A DNA stretch of 53,707 bases, filler included, from Sphacelaria rigidula (lineage: Eukaryota): NCBI GenBank assembly GCA_964200075.2. It is 5 parts of 5 records of this genome, joined end to end, with 100 filler letters (N's around TTAATTAATTAA, not from the genome) between each part and the next. Parts side by side here need not be neighbours in the genome. Positions count along the whole stretch, not along the records: positions 1 to 10,663 come from CAXNAA020006120.1; positions 10,764 to 21,425 come from CAXNAA020006121.1; 3 more parts are not named here. One strand, given 5' to 3'. Below the pieces are notes generated by a model. It had not been told where the DNA came from and made no database searches. It saw only the letters and a program-made list of their open reading frames with translations. Each line of letters begins with the position of its first letter. Position 1 is the stretch's first letter. Shown here in pieces: positions 1 to 10,965 of the stretch. The translations under genes were made by a program, and so were the position numbers.

Positions 1-50
1 GATATATGACTGACTAAATCCCGAGCCCAACCGCCGACACTGCTGCTGTA

Positions 51-1337
51 CGAGCTGGGCCAGCCTAAAAACGGATTTGAGCTGTATAAGTAATATCTCC
101 TCGACATAGACGAGCTGGGCCGTGATCCGCATATCGTATCAATCGTCTGATCAAGGGCAAGGTGCCGGTTTGCTCAAACATTTGGGCCAGTATTTTCTCG
201 TTGGTCGAACCCCATGCCTAGTAATCCCTATACCTAAGGGGGATAGCGCAAATACTAGAATCTCTATGACACTCCCGATCGATGCATTTAGCGGATGGAG
301 ACGAATTTTGGTGTGGAGAACGCAAAAGAGTCGAACAAAGAACAAAATGGGCTTGCATTTGTTTTTCGTGGAGGTTCAGGCGTTCTCGTGAAGAAATGGT
401 CTTTACCGTAGTGTCCCGCCTTAAACCAGTGAAGAAAAAGGAAAAAAAACAACCCTACCCGCTTCGTTCTCTTGATTATGCGCTCAGAGAGCGCCCAGCC
501 AAAATATAATGCACGAAGATCAAAGATAGGCCAGTGAGTGGCCTGCGAAATACTGTTCCGAATTTCTACCGGCCCGTTTTTAGAAGGCCCATGCTCCCGC
601 CAATGTTTGGGGTTGGACCTTGAAATTTGGTATGGACAATGCACAGGGCATGGAAAAAAAGTTACATCGGCACTACTTTTTTATTTTATTTCATTGGTCT
701 AGGGCAATAATCAGTTTTCAGTATCAGTGAAATGCCCTAGACTCATAAAAAAAAAAATGGTGCCGATGTAACTTTTTTTCCATGCCCTGTGCATTGTCCA
801 TACCAAATTTCAAGGTCCAACCCCAAACATTGGCGGGAGCATGGGCCTTCTAAAAGCCGGGTCGGTAGAAATTCGGAACAGTATTTCTCAGGCCACTCAC
901 TGGCCTATCTTTGATCTTCGTGCATTATGTTTTGGTTGGGCGCTCTCTGAGCGCATGATCAAGAGAACGAAGCGGGTAGGGTTGTTTTTTTTCCTTTTTC
1001 TTCACTGGTTTAGGGCGTTACAGTACGGTAAGGACCATTTCTTCGCCTGAACCTCCACGAAAAACAAATGCAAGCCCATTTTGTTCTTTATTCGGCTCTT
1101 TTGTGTTCTCCACACCAAAATTCGTCTCCATCCGCTAAATGCATCGATCGGGAGTGTCATAGAAATTCTAGTATTTTACTGATACCTGAAGCAAATGATA
1201 AACACTTCTGGTGCCGATGTAATCCTTTTTTTCATGCCCTATTCATTGTCCATACCAAATTTCAGGACCCGACTCTAGGTATTGGCGGAAGCATGGGCCT
1301 GCAAACTTCAAATCCGCTTCTAGGCTGGCCCAGCTCG
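51..1337. mobile_element. Non-autonomous TIR DNA transposon (Tc1/mariner-like, TA target site) with internal foldback
   Basis: ~30-bp imperfect TIRs: CGAGCTGGGCCAGCCTAAAAACGGATTTGA at 51-80 and TCAAATCCGCTTCTAGGCTGGCCCAGCTCG ending at 1337. TA lies immediately outside both ends (49-50, 1338-1339). No credible transposase ORF. Confidence 0.75.
251..1175. repeat. Long near-perfect inverted repeat (arms ~251-706 and ~733-1175)
   Basis: The arms are reverse complements along their whole length (ORFs 288..644- and 841..1050+ give nearly the same peptide). Loop about 26 nt. A partial third copy lies at ~1210-1295. Confidence 0.95.
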
Positions 1338-1680
1338 TATCGCATTGCTGACTGCGCTAAAGTGTGACGTGGGTTGTTGACACAGACCATGATTATGACT
1401 ACACGGTTCCTCGCTTTCTCGCCACGACTGAACATTATTACAAGATTTGAGGACACAACGAAGTAATGCAGTGCTGTCAACGCCGTAACGTACATACAGC
1501 ATCTGTCGGTGAGAGCCCCCCCCCTCCCCCCCCCCTGCACTTGCCTTGCGTGGCAATACATGTTGGGACAAGTCTCAGCCAAGCTTCGAGCGGGAATCAT
1601 CGAATTCAAAGTGCTCCTCACAGTGATCGATTGTGGTGAATCTGTCATGACGCCAGGATCATCGTACTGTCGTCGGACAG

Positions 1681-2192
1681 GTTCCCCCTGCCGGGAGATG
1701 TCGTGATGGGGATCGGGGTGGAGAGCACGCAGCCACCGAAGGTCGCTCTCGAGCTTGACCGTCCCACGAAGCTCTTCCTCCACAACCGCGGTCTCGCGAC
1801 CGAGGTTGAGGGCCGTATGGAGACGGCCTTCCAAAAGGCTCTTCAGTCGGGGATGTCAAAGGTGAGCCCCCGAAAAACCGAATATTTGCTCGAGGTATCG
1901 CGATCCTTAGCCCGCGTCTTCGGCCGATGTGCAGGTACTGGATCGGATTTGATCACTCGCGACTTATATCTGATGTGCTGGGTGTAGCTTACACCCATGA
2001 CTCCGACCCCACGTGTGCTCATGTGCCACCTTTCCCGGCAGTATGATATCAGTCGGCGAAGTGTACGTGGGGCTGACACCACTCCCATCCGCGCTGCCCA
2101 CGGACACGGGAGGATTGCTCGTTCGGGGTCCAGGCGACACGACCGAAAAAATCATGACGGGTGCTTCACAGACTTTCGGCTACAAGCTGAAG
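1681..2192 (+). pseudogene. Spliced pseudogene fragment of unknown product (exons 1681-1861, 1935-1981, 2042-2192)
   Basis: Three AG/GT-bounded, phase-compatible segments read FPLPGDVVMGIGVE...GMSK|VLDRI*SLATYI*CAG|MISVGEVYVGL...GYKLK. The middle exon has two TGA stops. Confidence 0.4.
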
Positions 2193-2369
2193 GTGAGAAC
2201 AGCGCTGCATGGGGGGCGATGAAGACTCTGTGACCCCGTAGTCCTCTCTTCCCTCGCCCTTTACAGCCGTTTGCGTCCTGGTATGTACGCGACTGTCTCA
2301 CGATTTGAAGGGATGTCGGGGGTGCACGAAAAAAACAAACAAACGCACACCTATGAACCCTTCCCCCCC

Positions 2370-2700
2370 TACCCAAACGGAACGGCGCGGGACGTGCTAG
2401 AGGGGGAAATCTGGGACGTGAACGAAGGTGGTATGCAATCGTTTGATGCATTAAGCAGTAGGGAGAGGACGATATTTATACTAGGAGATAGTGGCCAGAG
2501 ACGGCGAAACAGAACGGGGATAAGATATGTGAAAGGTTTTTGTGTAATGTATGGAAAAAGCGTAGTGAGCTGCTGAAGGAACTTAATGAGCGCCGGAATG
2601 TTGGAGGTGTCTTTGTTAGGAGTAGGAACGGTGCTCCGTCTCGAAATGTATGCGTGGTCAATGGTCACACGACTAAGGCAAGCAACAAACGAGTACGTCC
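2370..2700 (+). mobile_element. Probable 3' end of a non-LTR retrotransposon ORF (frameshifted)
   Basis: Peptide GTARDVLEGEIWDVNEGG..DALSSRERTIFILGD..KGF/LCNVWKKRSELL resembles LINE ORF2 C-termini. Its end (GTCAATGGTCACACGACTAAGGCAAGCAACAAACGAGTAC) recurs on the minus strand at ~5025-5065. Confidence 0.5.
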
Positions 2701-3174
2701 CCCCCCCTACCCCCCTGAGAGGTCCAAATAAAAAGTGGGACATGGGTGCGCGTTTTTGTTTTTTCGTGCACCGTTGGAGATGTAGTTGTTTTTACTGCGT
2801 GGTATCGACTTTTTTCCCCTCCCGCTTTACCGCACTTCGTGAAAAAACAGTGTTTTCGGGTCCGTCTATGGGCGCGTCCACATCGCGATGCCCGGGGGAC
2901 ATATGGTTTCGGGAACAACTACACATCGTGGTTTTGAGACCCCTGTCTGAGCGCTGATTCTAACCACCGCCCCTCCTCCGAATCTCGAATTGACTTTCTC
3001 ATGTTCGTTGCCGCCGGCCGTCTCTTCCTTGTCCACCGTTGATTTAGGTCGCAGCGTTCGACGTTCAATCAGATGAACGAGCTGTTCCTAATCACGAAGC
3101 CCGGCCAGCAGAAAATCGTATATCCTGAAATTCTCTTGTGGGAAAAGTACAGGGTACAGGGTATAGAACACGCC

Positions 3175-3715
3175 TAGAGAGGCTGTGGATTTGACACCTC
3201 ACGAAATCCTGCATCAGCAATGTATTCGCATGGTCTTGGTCGCATCGAACAGACAACTCAGGCGCCTCGCAGAACCCGGCAGGGAAGCCTGCCAGCCGTG
3301 AGCGGCCCTGTAGTTGGAGGTCTCAGACACGTGCCCATCCTACCATTTGGAATGGGATACGGGCGGGGAGGGTGTTGTGATGGGGATCAGGTCGAAAATA
3401 CCGCACAACGGCCCCAGAGACTCGTACATTACCGCTGCGATAGGCGGCGCAGATGGTACGCAGCATGTTGTAATAGCCAGTGTGCAAGAGAGTCGAGAGA
3501 GGAAAGGGAGGCTCACCGCGAAGCAGCCTATCGCGGTCACTCTCGGGGATCTGGTCGTACCTGGATCGGGATTCGAGCAAAGGTGGCTGAGGGCCAGACG
3601 CGACACGGGTCGAGAGGGGTTGGAGGACGAGGTAGCCCTCGATGATGACCATGATGACTGTGATACTGGAAGTGATGACGATGGTGATGATGGTGGCGAT
3701 GGCAATAGCAACTAG
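3175..3715 (+). pseudogene. Degraded coding-like segment of unknown product with acidic C-terminal tail
   Basis: ORF 3314..3715 extends upstream through in-frame stops. It shares a VVMGI motif with the exon at 1681-1861 and ends in a D-rich tail. Confidence 0.25.
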
Positions 3716-4326
3716 TGATGACGCTGGAGTCTCGAGTTGTAGTGGCGCAGTTGGAGAGTGAAAGCAATAGGTTCACATACAGGTCGGGATGCGGGCGCGA
3801 ACGTGCGGTTCAGAGCGGGGTCGAGATGCTGTCATGTAGCATGATGCGGTGTTGCGATGATGTGTATGGTGGGACCGTATGAAGCGATCTTGGGGGTGGA
3901 TGCCAACGATTTCTCTTTCGACAGAGACATTGCCGCCTCATATATGCTCGAACCGGCTTGGAAAGCTCGACGGATATTTGCAGCACGGTTGAGTCGTGCA
4001 ATAAGCTATTCACGTTGTGCATCGGCCGTCGATTCTTCAGGACAGTGGGCGCCCAATCATCCGCTCGGCACATCACTGCGTTGGCAGTGATACCCCCCCA
4101 CCACGTCATTGACAGCACCTTACTGACCTTACTGACAGCAATTTGACGCCCGAGAGTTTTGTCTGGACACGATCCTCGAGATGAACAACAGTGAAACATC
4201 CGTCGACAATCAAACAAACGTTGTTATGCTCCGTCGCCCGCAGCTAACCAGGGATGGGCGGCATGTGAAACCACGGGCGCACTTCTTACTCCTCCTCAAA
4301 ATTGCGCATCAGCAGTGTCGTGCGGC

Positions 4327-5068
4327 ACTCCTGAGTGCTTATCGTCATTCAACGGCTAGGGTCTTCAATCCTCAATTCATTGATAAATCTCATTTTATAG
4401 AATCCTCTGTTACTTGTCATATCTTTAGAGGTGGGTGTACTCATGATATTGGATAGAACTCTACCCATTACGATGGAGCCTGAAAGGAAAATACGATGAA
4501 GTAGGGCTATACTGTTTAGCAATAGTAGTATTACAAGGGGAGGGAGAACCCTCCCGAGTCACGCTAAAACAGAGCGCGATCAAGCAGTGTGAATGGTTAG
4601 AGACAAGTAAGGTGTCGACATGGGTCGGAAGGGTAAGATGGAAAATATGCACAGCCAACTGAACAACGAACCTAAGATGTAATCCACGGGTGAATGGAGG
4701 AAAGGAGAAGCAGGAGCAAGGAAATGCCCGGAAGGGAAAGGAGATGGGAAATAGCGGCCCAAATCGGACAAAGAGCAAACCTGGAAGAGGAGAGAAAAAC
4801 AAGTAAGGGAAAAAAAAAGTAAAATCGACGCGGAGAGAAAATAAACAAAGAAAGAGTGGTGACTGGTTCTAAAAGGAAGCTGAGAAAAGGATCGTGGAAC
4901 GTTTGTTGATTCGACATGCACAAGCGCAAAGGGAACAGAGATAGCCGAACAAGTAAGCAAGCGCGCCCGATATATAGTGGGGATTCAAGAGTCATGGGAG
5001 AAAGAGTGGGGAGGGGGGGCTGGGTGTACTCATTTGTTGCTTGTCTTCGTCGTTTGACCATTGACAAC
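4327..5068 (-). mobile_element. 5'-truncated non-LTR retrotransposon copy (ORF end plus long 3' UTR)
   Basis: Starts with the same VVNGxTTKxSNK terminus as 2657-2700, followed by a pyrimidine-rich UTR. Flanked by TGCGGC at 4321-4326 and 5069-5074 (candidate TSD). Confidence 0.45.
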
Positions 5069-8000
5069 TGCGGCTGCTTTTACAGCTCCCGCTGGCCATG
5101 ATTTGTTGACAAATGTTCTCGCTTCTGCTTTACACAACATAGAACGCCCGTCTTCGGCTCCAGCGGTTGCTTCAGGCATAAATCTGGAACCAACCCCTAG
5201 ACCAGACGTTCGTGTAGCCACCACACTGCAAGTTATATGCAATACCTTGCTCCACTCCCCTTCGGTTTTCGCCGACGTGCAAGCAGCCACCGGTGGCCGC
5301 CCCCGCCAAACCGCGCCCACACGCACAGGACCTCGGCTTTCACCCCCACTGCCACAGCCGCTTTCACCTCCGCAAACCAGAACCACCTCTGCTCGACCAG
5401 TACACGAACCTGAGGGCAGTTCGAGAAACACCTCTCGCTCCCCCCGTCTTCCCAATGACTTTAGGGTTTCTTCAAATCTGCGCTCCCCACGTAATATTGT
5501 TACTGTTCACGATGACGCCATGAGGAACACATTCGCATATCTTCCTTCAGCAGAGGAATCGTCGATCGCGCTTTCCAGCGACCAACCGCCCCAGGACACA
5601 CACCGTCGCCGTCGCCGTGCTCGACTCACAAGCGATGTCTCTTCCCGCTCTGACGCTGCAGTCATCCGTTCCTTACGGCGATAACTTGCCGAACTACAGC
5701 GCAAAGCACCAACAACCGTGGACATCCCCATATCGCCGCCCCCCACCGTAGTCCCCACCGCCGCAGTTTCTGCTGCCCGGGCACCAGCGCCCGCTGCCGC
5801 CACAGCCGCCACCGCCACCGTTGCCGACACCGACGCCGATAGTGATACTGACACTGGCTCCGGGCCCCTCGTGCACTCGCACCCGCTTCAAACCCCCCTG
5901 CATCTATTGTCGCGCCGTCCAACCCTGCGCCTTTGCCGCAGCAGGACCGCGCACAGATGGGTCCGGAGCACTGCCCGCTCGGGCTGCTCCCACGTATTTT
6001 CATGGCCCCTGGCCTCGCTGCCCAAGAACGGCTCATACAAGAGTATGCTGCCCACGCGCCAGTCATCATGAACTCTCTCGCCAATCAGCAACGCAATGCA
6101 GATGCAGCAGCATCTGCACTCTCCACCGAGGAGTACCACGCTCCACTCCGCAAACTAAAGGAGGAGCACTCACGAGTCAAAAACGCACGTACAGCTGCTC
6201 AACGCTTGCTGGCGGAAATCCGCGCGACGACGCAGGAATGGGTCAATAAGGCCGTCAGTCAGGGAGCCCAGATACAGCACACTACCGCACGACTGCAGGA
6301 AATTGACTCCCACATAGAGCAGCACCAAGCCTCTCAAGCTGCAGCCACTCCTCGCTCCCACCGCACGCCATCACCATCCCCCCCTACTCCGATCGCCGGC
6401 CCCGACACCGGCGCCAAACCGCGCCGCTTCTCCATCCACTACGATGACGTCTCTTTTTTCACTATTTCGGTGCAGAGTCTTCCGGGGCAAGTACACCCTC
6501 ACAAATCCTTTGCAAAGCTCTCGTGACGCGTGGCTAGCGCTCGCTCGACCACTCCAGAGCGCAGTAGCTTCCTATCTGGACCATGACGGGGTCTGTCCTC
6601 TCGATGGTCCCTCCTCGCTCACCATTGGCCAGGTAGCCCGTCACATCCAACACATCATCACCACCCCCTACGAACTGTCCATTGTCAAGCTCTTCGACGC
6701 ATTGCGCGCCGCCTCCAAGTCCGCCACAACCCAAGATGATGATCGTTGGAAATCGGTGACCCCTCGTCGCCGACGCCACAGGCATGATGTTGCCGACCAT
6801 GACCGCAATCGCGACGGTGGTTCTCGCAACCACCTCGGAGATGAAAGCTTCTCCTCTGGGAGGACCCAACCACGCCGTGTGTCCCGTCCCACCACGAGTT
6901 TGGACAGGACACATCAGAGTGGAGGCTCGTCGAGCTCTTCTTCTACCAAGCCCAGGATTCGGTCTGTCACGAACTCTCCCCCGCCGGTTTCCGCCGACCT
7001 CAGTCGCGCTACACAGCGTCTAGCAGTCGTGTTGCGTCAAATGTTTGGCCTTTCGGATAACGGCAGCTCGGGTAAACCGTTATCTTTCGCTTCAGCTCGC
7101 ACCCTGGCTGTAGCTGCCGCCGACGGAGAGCAGGCCGCAGCTAGTGCAGCAGTGGTCGCTGCTCGAACTGAATCGGCCCGTGCCGCCGCCATTCAGAGAG
7201 AATACTTTCAGATAGACGTGAAAAACCTCTGGCACGTTAGAACCATGCCTGCAGCTAACAACGAAGACTCGGGATGCTTCACGTCTACCCTCGTCACATC
7301 TGTACGCCGCATGGTTCGACACATCCTTCAGCTAGCGGACTCTACGGGTGCCCAGCGCTTTGAAGATTCCGATTGGGTTGACGGCTGACAGACTCCTCTT
7401 CATAAAGCCTTACATCGCTGAATCAATCGCCGCTCGCCCGACACTGCCGCTGCTCTGACACAGGTCCTTGATGGTCTCATGGCCGCTATATCCGGATCGC
7501 GCCTCGGGGAAGCCAGGTCTGGTTCTACTCCGTGATCTGGAGCGCTATTGGACCGGTCATGTCGATCGCAGCACTCAAGGGAGTGCTATACAACGACTTA
7601 GTTCTTTCGGTGTCGCAAAAAATGTCCCCTTCGCGGACTGCCTTCGAGAATTCAAGCTCCTCATTTCGGGTACTATGGGGGTAGGCCGCCAGACTGGGCC
7701 GTTGGACGCAATGTGTCCATCATATGTGAGGAACAGTGTGTCCGAGCAGTTTCCGACACAGACGATATCGCTGTTGCCAGGTGCCTTCGCCCACCGCGAT
7801 GTACCTTATTCCTCTGTGGATGCGATGTGAAGTTCGTTCGTACATCATAAGAATAATTTGACGCCAGCCATTCGCGGCGCGAAGTGTACCTCTGTGCGGT
7901 CTCAGCCTGCTTCTGTGTCTTCCTCGACCCCTTCAGGGTCCCGTAGCCGGTCTTACACTTCGCCTCGTTCATCATGGGTGCCCGCCTCCGTCGCCGGCTC

Positions 8001-10604
8001 CATCATGATCGTTGCGAACAAGCGAGATCCTTTCTGCGCCAGTTTTGATGACTGGCCGTACTTCGCTGTGACTTGGGATGATGGTTACACTGTCTCTGCA
8101 TCAGCGTTTGGTACCAACGATCCGCACTTGTGGAACCCACTTCTTTCGTCTGCTACTCGACAGGACGCTTTCGGCCGCTATGCGAATAGTTGCATCAATT
8201 GTAACATCCAGGGACACAGTATGCGCAACTGTAATCGTCCTTGTACTAAGGCTTTCGACCTCATGAACCCTGAATTACAGGATAATGAACTAGCACGGCG
8301 CCGCTGGCAACGACGTATGCATGATTACCGTACACTCTCCCCACCACCGCGACAACACTCGCCCAAATCGCGACCACCGCCCCACAAACTATGACAGCTC
8401 GGGGCCTCGACGCAGGAATGGTCCTCCTCACCGCGCCCAGACTGCCACTGAGATACATCAGCGCACTGGACACCACCATGACAACTCAAACCCCAACACC
8501 AGAAACCCTGGCTCCTTCATGACCGATCGTTCTGATCCCCAACGCGCCGACGCCGGCGTTCTTAAGTCTTCGGCGCCGTCGACAGCACCCACGGAAACCA
8601 TCTCAACGCCGCTCGCGAAACAGGTGACAAATCATTTCCCGCTCAGTTTCCCCGGCAACAGGTAGGAGTACTTGTGACGTCCGCTCACATCGACCCCCGT
8701 CTTCACCACTCCACAAACAGCGTAACAGTTGCATTGACTCACAACTTGGCTCTACACCCGGCATTGGACTTGGTCCTCCAGAACTGAGAGTAAATCTGAG
8801 GTGTGGGAAGACCAACCGCCCGTCACTGTGGCAAGGACTTCCTTCAGCGACCGCACGTGCAGGCCGTAGTGTGCTTCACTCGACTGGTTTAAGTGTCGCT
8901 GGTCTGAATTTGACCACTTCGGGTCAAGTAACACCCATCCAGCTCGATAGAGTTCGTAATTCGCGTTCATTGTGCCACGCGAAACTACCCCTGAACGATT
9001 CTCACAAAGCCCGTCCTAATTTACATTCGGCTATGACTCCTCGGCCAAGCTTGCCAACGGAAAGTCCACAAGCTTCGCCCGAGCATGCTCCGATGCTGAC
9101 CCCATCACCCCAACGGGACGCAGTTGAGGTCTTCCCATACACTTTGGAAGCTTCCCGCCCCTTCTCACGGCGACAGAGAAAGCCCCGTGAATATGCCCCC
9201 AGCGCGCGCATGAACACGTACACCTCCTCCGAGCGGAAACTCTTGACCTTGCTCTCTCCAAAATGCGATGACTTTGAGCTTGATGACGTTGTCAGGCATC
9301 ACAGAAGAATCCAAATCAGATATTTTTATGTTTCTGCCTCTTCAACGGAAGACCCTAGCATCGAACAGCATGGATCTACTTCAGAAGTTGATCCCTGCCT
9401 TCCCGAGACGGTCATATATGAAATTGCTAATGACCAGCCTAGCTGTGCTAACCCTGGGGATCACATTCCATTCACCATACTTTCTGGTGAGGAAGTTGAC
9501 CCCCCGGCGGATCCCCCGCCGTCTGTTTTCGCTGTCAGCACCGCTGATCCCGATCAATTTACCTTGGCTGAACATGGCCCGGAGCTTGTCGGAGGCAAGG
9601 TGTCTGTTGACCCTGCCACGTTTACTGTTCGCGTAGCGATCCATCATGGCCCATACGCCACTACGCCCGCCAAATGTGTCTTCTTATTAGATAGTGGTAG
9701 CCCACAAACCTTTATTTGTGAATCAATGTAGGAACACATGAAACGGATTAGCGTTGCCTCAGCAGCTTGCGAAATCACCACCCAGCCTCCAGCATGGGGC
9801 GGTTTTGGTGACTCCACCGCACCTTTGATCACAGGAAGATCAGTACGTCTCAGTGTGCAATTCGTTCACAACACAAGTTGTTCCGCCAGCCTTGCAAGCT
9901 GAGCATATGTCGTCCCCGACAGCACCATGGCTCACGCCTTGTTACTGGGCAGAGATAGTTGCATGCGGTTTGATCGACGCATCTACCGCACGCTACCGCC
10001 ATTATCGCCACAGTCTACGCCTCGTGGAGATCTCAACCTTGACCATTTCGGTACTCTTCACGGCGCCTTGGCCTACCGAAAAATTGAACAAGCTACCGGA
10101 GCTGCTTACCACCTACGATACGATGGTAGTGCTGGTGTTACCCTCTCCGATTATCCTCAACTGCTAGAAGTGGTCCTCGTTCGCCGAAATGGCATGCCTG
10201 CCCTTGCGGGACATCACCTCGCCAAAATGCTTCCTCGAGCTGGTGCCCCTGCCGGCACAGAGCACTTCGTCCCCGCAGGAAAACCAGTTTCACCCCTCAC
10301 GGTTTATGCTAACTTGGAGCCAGGTGATGTCATAGGCATCGTCGCTGCTCCCTTACTGCACATTCCACTTGAGACAGGTGTAACGGTACCCTCGGCGCCT
10401 ACTCCTGCGCCCCAGGCAGATTGCTCCGTCTATTACATCGATGAGCCTTATTTTGATCTAAACCCTTCGTCTTCATCACAGGTTCACACTGTGGACCCGG
10501 CTCGGTCATCTTCCTACCCCCCTGATGAAGTGCTGCAACGCTCATCACCAGAATCTCGGAAGCGTTTTCTACATATAACAGCCTGGAATCGTTATCGAGA
10601 TTAA
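5061..10604 (+). mobile_element. Degenerate Ty3/gypsy LTR retrotransposon: gag and aspartic protease, truncated before RT
   Basis: CCHC zinc knuckle CINCNIQGHSMRNC at 8191-8232. Protease motif FLLDSGSPQTFI (DSG at 9690-9698) followed by HALLLGRDS. Multiple stops and frameshifts. Colinear homology with the contig-3 element. Confidence 0.85.
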
Positions 10605-10663
10605 ACATCTTTATGAGGTTCAACGGACCATCAAAAATCCATTTATTTTGTTCAAAATGCTCG

Positions 10664-10763
10664 NNNNNNNNNNNNNNNNNNNNNNNNNNNNNNNNNNNNN
10701 NNNNNNNTTAATTAATTAANNNNNNNNNNNNNNNNNNNNNNNNNNNNNNNNNNNNNNNNNNNN
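10664..10763. other. Artificial contig linker (N44-TTAATTAATTAA-N44)
   Basis: Identical 100-bp construct at four positions; the dodecamer puts stops in all six frames. Confidence 0.98.
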
Positions 10764-10770
10764 AGAAAAA

Positions 10771-10846
10771 GCGAACGCGTCGGGAATCGAACCCCGGTTC
10801 TCTCCACCCTAATGGTGACAGTCGGACCATTACACCACCGGGGCGC
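10771..10846 (-). mobile_element. tRNA-derived element (SINE head or pseudo-tRNA, tRNA-Pro(AGG)-like)
   Basis: Minus strand shows an A box (TGGTGTAATGG), a B box (GGTTCGATTCC), a TTAGGGTGGAGAG segment like the Pro-AGG anticodon arm, and a downstream T-run. The acceptor stem does not pair properly. Confidence 0.6.
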
Positions 10847-10900
10847 GGCGGCATATAATACCGAATGGTGTAAAGTGGCGTCCAGAATAGATGGGACAAC

Positions 10901-10901
<1 letters not shown>

Positions 10902-10962
<61 letters not shown>
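10902..10962. repeat. (CA)n microsatellite
   Basis: About 30 perfect CA units. Confidence 0.98.

Positions 10963-10965
<3 letters not shown>

Noticed and set aside
10708-10719. Regularly spaced TTAATTAATTAA palindromes (~10.76-kb period) and ORFs ending in LIN
   Set aside because: Assembly linker embedded in N runs, not biology.
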